Shown here: positions 46,102 to 59,723 of the stretch, piece by piece
How positions within the stretch are numbered: the first letter of the stretch is position 1
Layout of the letters: each line of letters opens with the position of its first letter
The notes under the pieces: generated by a model
The model's input: the letters and a program-made list of their open reading frames with translations, nothing else
The model's database searches: none
What the model was told of the DNA's origin: nothing
Translations under genes and position numbers: made by a program
Assembly (NCBI RefSeq): GCF_009914755.1
Contig: NC_060938.1
Length of the DNA: 64,000 bases
Direction: 5' to 3' (one strand)
From: the human T2T-CHM13v2.0 reference genome, Homo sapiens

Positions 46102-47352
46102 TGTTATGGGTTGAATTGTGTTTTCCCAGAGATGCATTGAAGTCTTAACCCCCAGTACCTATGGATGTACTTATTTGGAAATCCGGTCTTTGCAGATCCT
46201 TAATTTAAGATGAGGTCACTAGGGAGGGTTCTAATTCAATATGACTGGTGTTCTGATTAAAAGGGGGGGGGGAATTTGGACACAGACACCAACACGCACA
46301 GAGGGAAGATGATGTGAAGACAGCCATCAATGATGGAGGCAGACATTGGACCCATGCAGCAGCAAGTGAAGGAGCAATGAGGATTGACAGCCACCACCGG
46401 AAGCTAGAGAGTGGCAAGGAAGGATTCTGCCTCAGAAAGTATGGCCTTGCCAACACTTTGATTTTGGATTTATAGCCTCCAGAACTGTGAGACAATGTTA
46501 CCAAACTGAACAGGGTCCACTTTCCTGGCACAGTAAAGCCAAACATCCACACTGAGGTTTTGTAGTGGGAGAAAGGCAGGCATTTATTTGCAAGGCACCA
46601 AGAAGGAAAATCAGGCAGCCCATGCTTAAGACCTGACCTCCTCAGTGACTTACAGGCACCGGTTTTTAAAGGCAGGAATACATTTCAGGAAAGCAGAAGT
46701 TACAGGCAAACTTGTAAATCAACACATTGAGGTTATACATTGGTTTGGCCTAACAAGGTGGGACATCTTGAAGTAGGGGTGCTTACAGGTAATAGGTGGA
46801 TTCAAAGACTCTGATTTGCAATTGCTTATGGAAGCAAAGTTTTGTCTAAAAACTTGAGGTCAGCAGAAAGGAATGTTTAGGTCTGATTTGTGGGCATGAC
46901 TTCCTCCAGGCCCCTCAGGAAGGAATTTAGAACAAAGAACAGTGGTCAGAGTTCAGTGGTCAGTTCCCCCTTATCTGAGATCTACAGGCCAGCAGATCCA
47001 CTTGGTGGGGATCTGAGTTTCTGAAAAACAACTCAAGGACATATGTGAAGATGTTATCCTTAGTTTCTTTAAGGAACAAAACATCTGTGACTCCAACTTC
47101 CTTAGCTATTGTTTTAAGCTATTGTCACCTTCTCAACTTATCAAGTTGTTCATTTTCTTCTCAGGGCTAGCTAGATGCCTGGAATTTGCCTTAAAGGAAC
47201 CCACAATTTTCCTTTATTTCCATGCTTGGGAAGGGGGTAACTGGCAGGCCCCTAAGAGGGGTCCCTGCTCCATCTCAACAATAAGTTTCTGCTATTTTAA
47301 GTCACCCAGTTTGTGGCATATAGGTTGTTACAACAGGCCTAGAAAACTAATA
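46102..47352 (+). mobile_element. MLT1-type MaLR LTR split by a nested LTR
   Basis: TGTTATGGGTTGAATTGTGT...CAGAACTGTGAGACAA | ACAATAAGTTTCTG...TAGAAAACTAATAC. Confidence 0.8.
46496..47277 (-). mobile_element. ERV1-class solo LTR nested in the MLT1
   Basis: TG...CA ends and a 4-bp TSD ACAA (46492-46495 / 47278-47281); subfamily not determined. Confidence 0.75.
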
Positions 47353-48078
47353 CTCTATCCCTCAAGGACATATTGCACCTACTCTGTTAAGCCTTCCCTG
47401 TTCAATCTATTTAAAGTAATCCCTTGCACCTCTTATGCTCCCCCACAGCCCTTATAATATTTTAAGAGCATGTCTTTTTGTTTACATTTTTCCCATTAAA
47501 TTGTGAGCTCTGGGATAGACCCTTTATCCAGTTAATCTTTTTGTCCCTCCAAAGCCAGAATGTACAGCTCTGCATTTAGAAAGCTTCCCGTAGATGCTTA
47601 TTAAGTTAGGGGAAGGGAATCTGTGTTTTTAAAGATACTAATGACAAATAACTTATAAGAAACTAATTTTAGATAATGTCTTGTTATCCTCTGTTAACTT
47701 ATTAACCATTTCTGGAAGAATGCTTAGGAAAAAACACAGTGTAAAACTGGGAATGGACGGTAACAGGCAGTTTCCAGTTTCCAGTTTTCTAGTTACCATT
47801 TTTTACCTATAGATAAATTAAAAATTCCAGTTTGATAATATGCCATACTGACATGGATTTAATAAAACTAGCATTCCCATACATTAGTACAGTGAGGGTG
47901 CAAATTAGTACAATGTCTTTGGTGGGTGATTTGAAACACAGCTACCGAAATTTTTAATGTGCATAATTTTGGCTTAAAATTATGCTTTTAGGAATTTATC
48001 TAATAGTAATATTCACATGTGTTCAAAGATATATGTACAACTCTATTCAAGGCTGTGCTGTTTAAAATAGCTAAATAA

Positions 48079-48382
48079 TTTTTGTTTTTGTTTTTTTTGA
48101 GACAGAGTCTTGCTCTATCTCCCAGGCTATAGTGCAGTGGCGCAGTCTTGGCTCACTACAACCTTCCCTTCCTGGGTTCAAGTGATTCTCCTGCCTCAGG
48201 CTCCTGAGTAGCTGGGACGACAGGTGCCCACCACCACGCCCAGCTAATTTTTTAATTTTTTTAGTAGAGACGGGGTTTCACCATGGTGGCCAGGGTGGTA
48301 TCAAACTCTTGACCTCAAGTTATCCGCCCACGTTGGCATCCCAAAGTGCTGGGATTATAGGCATGAGCCACTGCACCCAGCC
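48079..48382 (-). mobile_element. Alu (AluS-like) within an old L1M 3' fragment
   Basis: Reverse-complement Alu with TSD TAAAATAGCTAAATAATTTT. Confidence 0.93.
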
Positions 48383-48814
48383 TAAAATAGCTAAATAATT
48401 TTGGAAAACATATGTGTCAATGAATAGGGTACTAACTGAATTATGGTTCATCTATAAAATGGAATATTATGCAGTCAATAGAAAGAATGGAGTGAAACTA
48501 CATGAATTCATAGGAAAAGAGCTCCAATATATATTATCAAGTGAATGTAAATAAAAAATACAATGGAATATATAGGATACTTCTATTTGGGGTGAAGAAT
48601 GTATAATGTAATATATAACATACATATGCTTATATATAATACGATTATTTTGAAATGATATGTAAGAAACCAATAACTGTAGTTATCTTTGGGAGGAAGA
48701 TTGACAATTTTGGTTGGAAGGAAGATTACTTTTAATTCTATAAACTTTGGTATTATTGGAAATTTTACCAGATACATGTATAACTATTTACAATTTTAAA
48801 AGTTAATAAAAATT

Positions 48815-48976
48815 TATTAGCTGGGTGTGGTGACACATGCCTGGAGTCCTAGCTGCTCAGGAGGCTGAGATGGGAGGATCACTTGAGCACAGGAGTTCAA
48901 GGCTGCAGTGAGCTACCATAGCACCACTGTACTCCAGCCTGGGTGACAGAATAAGACCTTGTCTCTAAATAAAAAA
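48815..48976 (+). mobile_element. Alu right monomer
   Basis: TTAGCTGGGTGTGGTG...GCCTGGGTGACAGA plus A-rich tail. Confidence 0.85.
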
Positions 48977-49044
48977 ATTTTTAAAAAGTTAACAAAAATT
49001 TTTCTTGGAGAAAAGCTACAGTTAAATATGTACACAAGAATTCC

Positions 49045-50390
49045 TGGGCAAGATGGCCGTATAAGAATAGCTCCTATCTGCAGCTCCCAGCAAGACCAAC
49101 ACAGAAAGTGGGTGATTTCTGCATTTTCAACTGAGGTACCCGGTTCGTCTCATTGGCACTGGTTAGACAGTGGGTGCAGCCCACGGAGGGCGAGCCAAAG
49201 CAGGGTGGGGCATTGCCTCACCCAGGAAGCTCAAGGGGTCGGGGAACTCCCTCTCCTAGCCAAGAGAAGCTGTGAGGGACTGTGCAGTGAGGGACGGTGC
49301 TATCTGGCCCAGATACTACGGTTTTCCTATGATCTTCGCAACAGACAGACCAGATTGCCACAGGTGCCTACACCACCAGGGCCCTGGGTTTCAAGCACAA
49401 AACTGGGTGGCCATTTGGGCAGACACCAAGCTAGCTGCAGGAGTTTTTTTTCGTACCCCAGTGGCACCTGGAACACCAGCGAGACAGAACCATTCACTCC
49501 CCTGGAAAGAGGGCCGAAGCCAGGGAGCCAAGTAAGTAGTCTTGCTCAAAGGATCCCACCCCCACGAAGCCCAGCAACCTGAGATCCACTGGTTTGAAAT
49601 ACTGGCTGCCAGTACAGCAGTCTGAAGTCTACCTGGGATAGCTCGCACTTGGTGCGGGGAGGGGCGTAAGCCATTACTGAGGCTTAAGTAAGCGGTTTTC
49701 CCTTTGTTTTTTGTGTAAAGAAAGCTGCAGGGAAGTTCAGACTGGGTGGAGCCCACCACAGCTCGGCAAAGCCGCTGCAGCCAGACTGTCTCTCTAGAGT
49801 CCTCCTCTCTGGGCAGGGCATATCTGAAAGAAAGGCAGCAGCCCCAGTCAGGGGCTTATAGATAAAACTCCCATCTCCCTGGGACAGAGCACCTGGGGGA
49901 AGGGGCAGCTGTGGACGAAGCTTCAGCAAACTTAAATGTTCCTACCTGCCGGATCTGAAGGGAGCAGAGGATCTCCCAGCACAGCGCTCGAGCTCTGCTA
50001 AGGGACAGACTGCCTCCTCAAGTGGGTCCCTGACCCCCGTGCCTCCTGACTGGGAGACACCTCCCAACAGGGGTCAATAGACACCTTATACAGGAGAGCT
50101 CTGGCTGGCTTCTGGTGGGTTCCCCTCTGGAACAAAGCTTCCAGAGGAAGGAACAGGCAGCGAACTTTGCTGTTCTGCAGCCTCTGCTGGTGATACCCAG
50201 GCACACAGGGTCTGGAGTGGACCTCCAGCAAATTCCAGCAGACCTGCAGCAAAGGGGCCTGTTAGAAGGAAAACTAACAAACAGAATAGCATCCAAATCA
50301 ACAAAAAGGACGTCCACACAGAAACCCCATCTGAAGGTCACCAACATCAAAGACCAAAGGTAGATAAATCCACGAAGATGAGGAAAAACC
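49045..50390 (+). mobile_element. L1PA7/8-like 5'UTR and first ORF1 codons
   Basis: CAAGATGGCCG...AGCTCC start, ~1.33-kb 5'UTR, ORF1 ATG at 50378 (MRKN), then abrupt switch to an LTR. Confidence 0.88.
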
Positions 50391-50902
50391 TGTTGGGAAC
50401 AGGCCCCCCAAAATCTGGCCATAAACTGGCCCCAAAACTGGCCATAAACAAAATCTCTGCAGCACTGTGACATGTTCATGATGGCCGTGACGCCTACGCT
50501 GGAAGGTTGTGGGTTTACCAGAATGAGGGCAGGAACACCTGGCCCACATAGGCCAGAAAACCGCTTAAAGGCCTTCTTAAACCACAAACAATAGCATGAG
50601 TGATCTGTGCCTTAATGACATGCACCTGCTGAAGATAACTAGCCAAACCCATACCTTTATTTTGGCCCATCCCTTTGTTTCCCATAAGGAATACTTTTAG
50701 TTAATCTAATATCTATAGAAACAATGTGTATCACTGGTCTGCTGTTAATAAACACGTGGGTAAATTTCTGTTCGAGGCTCTCTCAGCTCTGAAGGCTGTG
50801 AGACCCGATTTCCCACTCCACACCTCTATATTTCTGTGTGTGTGTCTTTAATTCCCCTAGCACTGCTGGGTTAGGGTTTCCCCGACCGAGCTGGTCTCAG
50901 CA
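50391..50902 (+). mobile_element. MER9-type 5' LTR of HERV-K(HML3)
   Basis: TGTTGGGAACAGGCCCCCCAAAATCTGGCCATAAACTGGCC...CA, followed by a Lys-tRNA-like PBS (CGGTGCCCGTACGTGGGG). Confidence 0.85.
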
Positions 50903-52444
50903 AGCGGTGCCCGTACGTGGGGGCTCTAATCCAGGTCGAAGGGTCACTGGAGCAACAGTTGGAGAATGTGGAACTAAGCTGGAGGACACCCAAGTACTCT
51001 TAAAGCAATCCCCGTGATGAGTAAGAAGGGGAGCTCGGAAGTGTCAGGGTAACAATGGGACAAGTGTGGGCTCTGGTTCATTCCACCTTGGAACTTTTTC
51101 ACACTGATGATGAGGAGGAAGGAGAGTATAACGAAGTAACAGAAGAGGTTACAGAGCAGGTTTGCCAGCTAAAGCTAAAGCTGCAAAGGAGGGAGAGGTT
51201 CATCGCTACCCTTCTGTACCCGCTCATGATTATTTTGAAGAAAAAGAGTGGCCTGACCCCCCAGATCTTCTTTTCCAGAGGACACTGGGCGAAAAGTAGT
51301 TGCCCCAGTGACTATTTGAGCAGCGCCTCGAGCGACCACTCTCAGTTCTATTCAGGCAGGAATTCAGCAAGCTAGAAGAGAGGGTGATTTAGAGGCTCGG
51401 CAGTTCCCTGTTAGGATACACCCCCCAGATCAACAGGGAAATATTATAGCTACATTTGAGCCTTTTCCTTTTAAGTTACTCAAAGAATTTAAACAAGCAT
51501 GGTCATGTTAAAAAAAGAATGTAGAAAAATATCAGCGAGTCAGGCCACCAGATAGGGGAAAAAAGAAAACTTCTGAGCCTGAAATATGTCCAAAATGTAA
51601 AAAAGGAGAACATTGGGCTAATCAGTGTCACTCTAAGTTTCATAAAGATGGGAACCCGATTTTGGGAAACACCATGAGGGGCCCGTCCCAGGCCCCATTC
51701 CAAACTGGGCATTTCCGGCTCAGGCCATTCCCTCACCCCTGTACAATGTCTGTCCCCCGCCACAACCAGTAGTGCTGCAGTAGATTTATGCTGCACAAAA
51801 GCTGTGAGCCTTCTGCCTGGGGAACCCCCCGCAAAAGGTCCCAACAGGAGTCTGTGGACCCTTGCCAGCAGGGATGATAGGATTACTTCTAGGAAGGTCT
51901 AGTTTAAATTTTAAAAGGGGACAAAAACATATAGGAGTCATTGATTCAGATTACAATGGGGAAATTCAAATTGTTATATCTATGTCTGTTTCCTGGAAAG
52001 CAGAGCAGGAGAGTGTATAGCACGGCTCCTGATTGTGCCATATGTGAGAATGGGGAAAAGTGAAATTAAATGAACAGGAGGATTTGGAAGCACAAATAAA
52101 CAAGGTAAAACAGCTTATTGGGTGAATCAAATTATGGATAAATGTCCTACCTGTGAAATAACTATTCAGCGAAAGAAATTTAAAGGTTTGGTAGATACAG
52201 GAGTGGAAATTTCAATCATTTCTCTACAGCACTGACTGTCTGTGTGGCCAATTCAACCCGCTCAATTTAACACAGTTGGAGTTGGTAAAGCCCCTGAAGT
52301 ATATCAAAGTAGTTATATTTTGCGTTGTGAAGGGCCCGATGGACAACCTGGGACTATTCTACCAATTATAACTTCTGTACCTATAAATTCATGGGGAAGA
52401 GATTTATTGCAACAATGGGGAGCACAAGTTCTAATTCCAGAACA
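50903..52444 (+). pseudogene. HERV-K(HML3) internal remnant: leader, deleted gag, dUTPase, protease
   Basis: gag MGQVWALVHSTLELFH (51055), zinc knuckle CPKCKKGEHWANQC, dUTPase GVIDSDYNGEI, protease LVDTG and WGRDLLQQWG; no pol, env or 3' LTR. Confidence 0.85.
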
Positions 52445-52601
52445 CCTAGATCAAAACCAAAATTATAAAATATGTATCAAAAGTTATCTGGTCATTCCTC
52501 TCTTGGATTATTTCATCAAAATTACAGCCAGAAATTTGCCTGCTAGCTAATTTGTGCATTCTGAAATTCATCTAACACATTTTGGAACTACAAAAGTGAA
52601 T

Positions 52602-55135
52602 AGGAGCTGGTACCATTCCTTCTGAAACTATTCCAAACAATAGAAAAAGAGGGATTCCTCCCTAACTCATTTTATGAGGCAAGCATCATCCTGATACCAA
52701 AACCTGGCAGAGACACAACAAAAAAAGAAAATTTCAGGTCAAAATCCCTGATGAACATTGATGAGAAAATCCTCAATAAAATACTGGCAAACCAAATCCA
52801 GTGGCACATTAAAAAGCTTATTTACTATGATCAAGTGGGCTTCATCCCTGGGATGCAAGGCTGGTTCAAAATACACAAATCAATAAATGTAATCCATCAC
52901 ATAAACAGAACCAATGACAAAAACCACATGATTATCTCAATAGATGCAGAAAAGGCTTTCGATAAAATTCAACACCCCTTCATGCTAAAAACACTCAATA
53001 AGCTAGGTATTGATGGAATGTATCTCAAAATTATAAGAGCTATTTATGACAAAACCACAGCCAATATCATACTGAATAGGCAAGAGCTGGAAGTAGTCCC
53101 TTTGAAAAGCAGCACAAGACAAGGATGCCCTCTCTCACCAATCCTATTCAACATAGTACTGGATGTTCTGGCCAGGGCAATCAGCGAAGAGAAAGCAATA
53201 AGTATTCAAATAGGAAGAGAGGAAGTCAAATTCTCTCTGTTTGCAGATGACATGATTGTATATTTAGAAAACCCCCTTGTCTCAGCCCAAAGATTCCTTA
53301 AACTGATAAGCAACTTCAGCAAAGTCTGAGGATAAAAAAATCAATGTGCAAAAAACACAAGCATTCCTATACATCAGTAATAGACAAACAGCTAAATCAT
53401 GAGTGAACTCCCATTCACAATTGCCACAAAGAGAATAAAATACTCAGGAATACAACTTACAAGAGATGTGAAGGACCTCTTCAAGGAGAACTACAAACCA
53501 CTGCTCAAGGAAATAAGAGAGGACACAAACAAACGGAAAAATATTCCATGCTCATGGATAGGAAGAATCAATATCGTGAAAATGGCCATACAGCCCAAAG
53601 TAACTTATAGATTCAATGCTATTCCCATTAATTGACTTTCATCACAGAATTAGAAAAAACTTCTTCAAATTTCATATGGAACCAAAAAGAGCCCATACAG
53701 CCAAGACAATCCTAAGCAAAAAGAACAAAGCTGAAGGCACCACGCTACCTGACTTTAAACTATACTACAAGGCTACAGTAACCAAAACAGCACGATACTG
53801 GTACCAAAACAGATATATAGACCAATGGAACAGAACAGAGGCCTCAGAAATAACACCACACATCTACAGACATCTGATCTTTGACAAACCTGACAAAAAC
53901 AAGCAATGGGGAAAGGATTCCCTATTTAATCAATGGTGTTGGGAAAACTGGCTAGCCATATGCAGAAAACTGAAACTGGACCTTTTCCTTACATGCATAC
54001 AAAAATTAACTCAAGATGGATTAAAGATTTATACATAAGACCAAAACCATAAAAACCCATGAAGAAAACCCAGGCAATACCATTCTGGACATAGGCATTG
54101 GCAATGAAACACCAAAAGCAATTGCAATAAAAGCCAAAATTGACAAATGGGATCTGATTAAACTAAAGACCTACTGCACAGCAAAAGAAACTATCATCAG
54201 AGTGAACAGGCAACCTACAGAATGGGAGAAAATTTTTGCAATCTATCCATCTGACAAAGGGCTAATATCCAGGATCTACAAAGAATTTAAACAAATTTAT
54301 AAGAAAAAAACAACCCTATCAAAAAGTGGGCAAAAGATATGAACAGACACTTTTCAAAAGAAGACATTTATGTGGCCCACAAACATATGAAAAAAAGCGC
54401 CTCATCACTGGTCATTAGAGAAATGCAAATCAAAACCACAGTGAGATATCATTTCATGCCAGTTAGAATGGTGATCATTAAAAAGTCAGGAAACAACAGA
54501 TGCTGGAGAGGATGTGGAGAAATAAGAATGCTTTTACACTGTTGGTGGGAGTGTAAATTAGTTCAACCATTGTGGAAGACAGTGTGGCAATTCCTCAAGG
54601 ATCTAGAACTAGACATACCATTTGACCTGGGGATCCCATTACTGGGGATATACACAAAGGAGGATAAATCATTCTACTATAAAGACGTATGCACACATAT
54701 GTTTATTGGAGCACTATTCACAATAGCAAGGACTAGGAACCAACCCACACGCCTATCGATGATAGACTGGATAAAGAAAATGTGGCACATATACATTGTG
54801 GAATACTATGCAGCCATAAAAAAGATGAGTTCATGTCCTTTGCAGAGACATGGATGAAGCTAGAAACCATCATTCTCAGCAAACTAACACAAAACAGAAA
54901 ACCACGTGTTCTCACTCATAAGTAGGAGTTGAACAATGAGAAAATATGGGCACAGAGAGGGGAACATCACACACCAGGGCCTGTCGGGGGCTGGTGGGCT
55001 AGGGGAGGGATAGCATTAGGAGAAATACCTAATGTAGATGACAGGTTGATGGGTGCAGCAAACCACCATGACACATGTATAGCTATGTAATAAACCTGCA
55101 TGTTCTGCACATGTATCCCAGAATGAAAAAAATAT
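52602..55135 (+). mobile_element. L1PA7/8-like 3' half (ORF2 RT onward, 3'UTR)
   Basis: Resumes at AGGAGCTGGTACCATTCC ([10 protein letters not shown]); FADD at ~53240; multiple stops; L1PA7/8-type 3'UTR and short A-tail. Confidence 0.92.
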
Positions 55136-56258
55136 ATATGTACATGAAATACTACTTAGTGATATCTATGAGACTGGTTTTGCTAGCTATAATAAATAAT
55201 TCATCTAACATGATGTAATTAACTTTATTTTATACCTGGTAACATTTGTAATTTGCAAATGGATTTAAGCACCTGTTTTAGTATTAGACAGTTTTGAAAT
55301 GTTTTACAATTTTATTACAAAAGCAATATATGATCACTGAAGAAAAATTAGAAAACAGAGACAAAAATAAAAAAATCCTTAATTTCCTAACACCTAGAGA
55401 TAATCACATCACAATTCAAAGAATGTCTTTCCAGAACCTTTTCCATGCTAAAATATGTGCACACAAAAATGACTATGTACTTGAAAATTTTTCCTGATAA
55501 TACATCATTAACAGATTGCCATGTTTATAAACAGAATTAGACTTTTAGAGCTAGAAGAAATCTTAAAATTACTTTAGAAGAGGATAACCAAAAAATGGCC
55601 CTACATATCACCACTCCTCCCTTGAATGCCCTTGATATTGCTAAGTCATCACAACGTTTGCTTGTAAAGCTCAGACATAGCCTCAAAATCCTCCTCAACA
55701 CAATCCTACAGAAAACCACAACCAAAAGATTAATGTCATCAAGCAAGTTGAAACTAATTAATTTTGACTAACCTAAACTAACAATGAAGAGTCAAATATT
55801 TCTGGACCACGGTCATACAATTAACAATATAAACTTCAGGCCCACAATGGCCCTCTGATATTTTAGGAATAACTTGGACACAGATCTCTAAACCCTGGCC
55901 CCAGTCTAGCTGGTTGAGCAAATGGTGACTTTCCAGAGCCTTTTCTGTAATGAGGAGAGTAAACATCCCCCCTGCAAATGTGCTTTGAAGTAACTTTTAA
56001 AAAGCTAAAATACTGGATTTGTATACGTTTTAAAATATTATTTTATGGAATATACCTCAAAATATTAATGTTAAACACTGAAATTGGAATGAAAATGAGT
56101 TTTTAAAAGGCAAAAGTATGAAATAATAATTAAGTATAGCTAAATTTCTATATATTCTTTGTGCTTCTCCACATTTATACAATGTGGCCATTCTGCCTCT
56201 ACTGTAGCACACTTCCAAGGAACACAAGAACTTTTCTACTTAATATTTTGAATTTTAA

Positions 56259-56549
56259 TTTTTTTTGAGACAAGGTCCCACTCTGTCTCCCAGGCTGGAA
56301 GTTCACTGGCATGATCTCAGCTCACTGTAACCTCCCCATCCCAGGTTCAAGCGATTCTCATGCCTCAGCCTCCTACGTGGCTGGAATTACAGGCATGTGC
56401 CACCATGCCCGGCTAATTTTTGTATTTTTAGTAGAGACGAGGGTTCACCATATTGCCCAGGCTAGTCTTGAACTCCTGGCCTCAAGTGATCTTCCCACCT
56501 CAGCCTCCCAAATTGCTGGGATTACAGACATGAGCCACTGCGGCTGGCC
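56259..56549 (-). mobile_element. Alu
   Basis: Reverse-complement Alu. Confidence 0.9.
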
Positions 56550-56924
56550 TGTGGCCAGATCTAAATGACCCTTTCCAGACACTTGTTTGTGAAAACCATC
56601 TAGGATTCTGAGCTCATGTGAGTCTCATGGTGTGTAGTTTGGAAATCTGACATAGAGGAATACCACCTCTACCCCTGGGTTTGGGGATTCTGGGAGAAGA
56701 AAACTATCTGTGCACAATTTAAATCTTCAGATTCCCAGATTCTTAAGGCAGGTAGGTGCCTGTAGCTTTCACCATGCTGTATCTACTGGTGTCTTTCAGA
56801 CAATCCAGCCTGACATACTGCACTAGCAATGAATTGTAGCCTGGAATGCACATCTTGGAACTGAATTCTACCACTGCTACCAATTCAAGATAATAAATAC
56901 TGCCCAGTAGAGTCAACACTACAT

Positions 56925-57070
56925 AACAAGCATTTATTCAGCACTTATTTTGTGCCAAGCTTATTTTGTGCCAGCCTCTGTTTTAGGTTCTGAGGCTACA
57001 AAGATTAGCCACAGTTCCTAGCCTGAAGGATCTCACAGTGAAATGGGGAAGACAGACATAAACAAGATCA
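56925..57070 (-). mobile_element. L2 3' fragment
   Basis: AACAAGCATTTATTCAGCACTTA...GTGCCAG...GGGGAAGACAGACATAAAC. Confidence 0.6.
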
Positions 57071-57203
57071 TTTTTTCTACTCTGGGCTATTTCTATGTTT
57101 CGTACTTATCCCGTGGCTAAAGAAACAAGAGGTAATATTTATAAATCAAATCTGATCATCTAAGTAATAATCTATCTTCCCTTCATAATTTAACAAGTAA
57201 ATT

Positions 57204-57581
<378 letters not shown>

Positions 57582-57774
57582 TTATTATGTTATTTACTTA
57601 TTATTTATTTTATTTATGACCTAGCTAGATAAAATGTGGACCTGGTAACACTGGTTATTTCAGAGGAGAGGTATTGTCTGCAATGGGCCAGAATGGAAAA
57701 CCTTCATATTTATTCGCTTTTCTTGTTCGATTTTTACATGAAAATATATTATTTTATAGTTGGGGGGGGAGGGT

Positions 57775-58148
<374 letters not shown>

Positions 58149-58949
58149 TAAGATCTTTTAAAATCATAAAGCAAACTCTTTAAGAGATTTAGCTAATGCT
58201 GAAACTCATGAATTGGTTTTTTTCTTATAAATCAAAACAGGCCTCCCCCACTCCCAGCATGTAGCATAGTAAGCATGTTTTGTGGTGATTTAACTATTTC
58301 TACAGTGCCAAATAGGTGTTAGAAATAGAAAAAGGTTTGACATATGTTTCTAACAACTTGTTAAAAGGGTTTTGTTGTACTGGACAGGCCATCTTTAATC
58401 ATGCAGATAGTTTGTGGAGCTCATCCTATTCCAGGCAACTTCTTGAGGTTCATCTGAGTCCATGTCATCTCTAAGGGGCACAAAACTAGATGAAAAGCCG
58501 CAGTTGCATCTGATAGTGTCCTGATATACTGAGGACAAAAGCTCAATAGAATCATATAAAGTTATTGTACGGTGAGCAGCACTATCCTCCCATACTCTCC
58601 TTTTATTCATGTTTTTACAGGCTAATACTGGATACATCAAACCCTCAATATAAATGGGATACCAGAACAACAACAGCAATAAAAAATTAACAACAATGAT
58701 AATAATGATAATACTGTATTCCTTACATGCAGAAAATATTGTGGATGACAGTAAAACAACTATAAGGTAGCTGGAAGAGGTAAAAAGATTGAGTGTGGAA
58801 ATAAAAAGTTAAGAAAGGAATTTTTTTTAAAGGTTTTAGCTTTATAACAGAAACAATACTGATACACATTTATAATCCACAAGGCGTAAGGCATCTAGAT
58901 GGCTTATAGTATTTTTCCCCAACTTTTCACTGAGTCTGTGTGTGTGTGT

Positions 58950-59428
58950 ATTTTTTATTTTCATAAGATACACATAACATAAAATGTACCATTTTCACCA
59001 TTTTTAAGTGTAGGATTCAGTGGCATTAAGTACCTATACAACGTTGTGCAACCATTACAATTATTCATTTCCCAATCTTTCCCATTATTCCAAAGAGAAA
59101 CTCTGTACCCGTAAATAATAACTTTCCATTCCCTTCTCCCCTCAGCCCCTGGTAATCACTATTCTACCTTCTGTCTCTATGAATTTGATTATTCTAAGTA
59201 CCTCATGTCAGTGAAATCATACAATATTTGTCCTCCTGTGTCTGGCTGATTTCACTTAGCATGACGTCTGCAAGGTTGGTTCATGTAGCATTTTTAAGTA
59301 CTTCATTCCTTTTAACTCGGAATAATATTCCGTTGTACATATATACCACATTTTGTTTATCCATTTGTCTGCTGATGGACATCTGGGTTGTTTCTACCTT
59401 TTGGCTATTATAACTAATGCTGCTATAC
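58950..59428 (-). mobile_element. L1MB-like 3' end
   Basis: CATAACATAAAATGTACCATTTT...GTTGTGCAACCATTACA...CTTCTGTCTCTATGAATTTG. Confidence 0.8.
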
Positions 59429-59429
59429 A

Positions 59430-59723
59430 TTTTTATTTTTATTTATATATCTATTTATTTATTTCGAGAGACAGGGTTTCACTCTGTCACCCAGGCTAGA
59501 ATGCAGTGGTGGGATCGTAGCTTACTGCAACCTGGAACTTCCAGGTTCAAGGTCAATCCTTTGGCCTCAGCCTCCCATGTAGCTGAGACCACAAGTGTGC
59601 ACCATCACACCCAACTAATTTTTAAATTTTTTGTAAAGACCCCCTATGTTTCCCAGGGTGTCTTGAACTCCAAAGCTCAAGAGATCCTCCTGCCTTGGCC
59701 TCCCAAAGCACTGGGATTATGGC
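59430..59723 (-). mobile_element. Alu (AluJ-like)
   Basis: Diverged reverse-complement Alu. Confidence 0.85.

Noticed and set aside
48959-50587. ORFs of 207, 189 and 122 aa
   Set aside because: Chance frames in the GC-rich L1 5'UTR and MER9 LTR.
58395-58679. 94-aa minus-strand ORF
   Set aside because: No recognisable domain; does not join the 60450 segment into a sensible protein.
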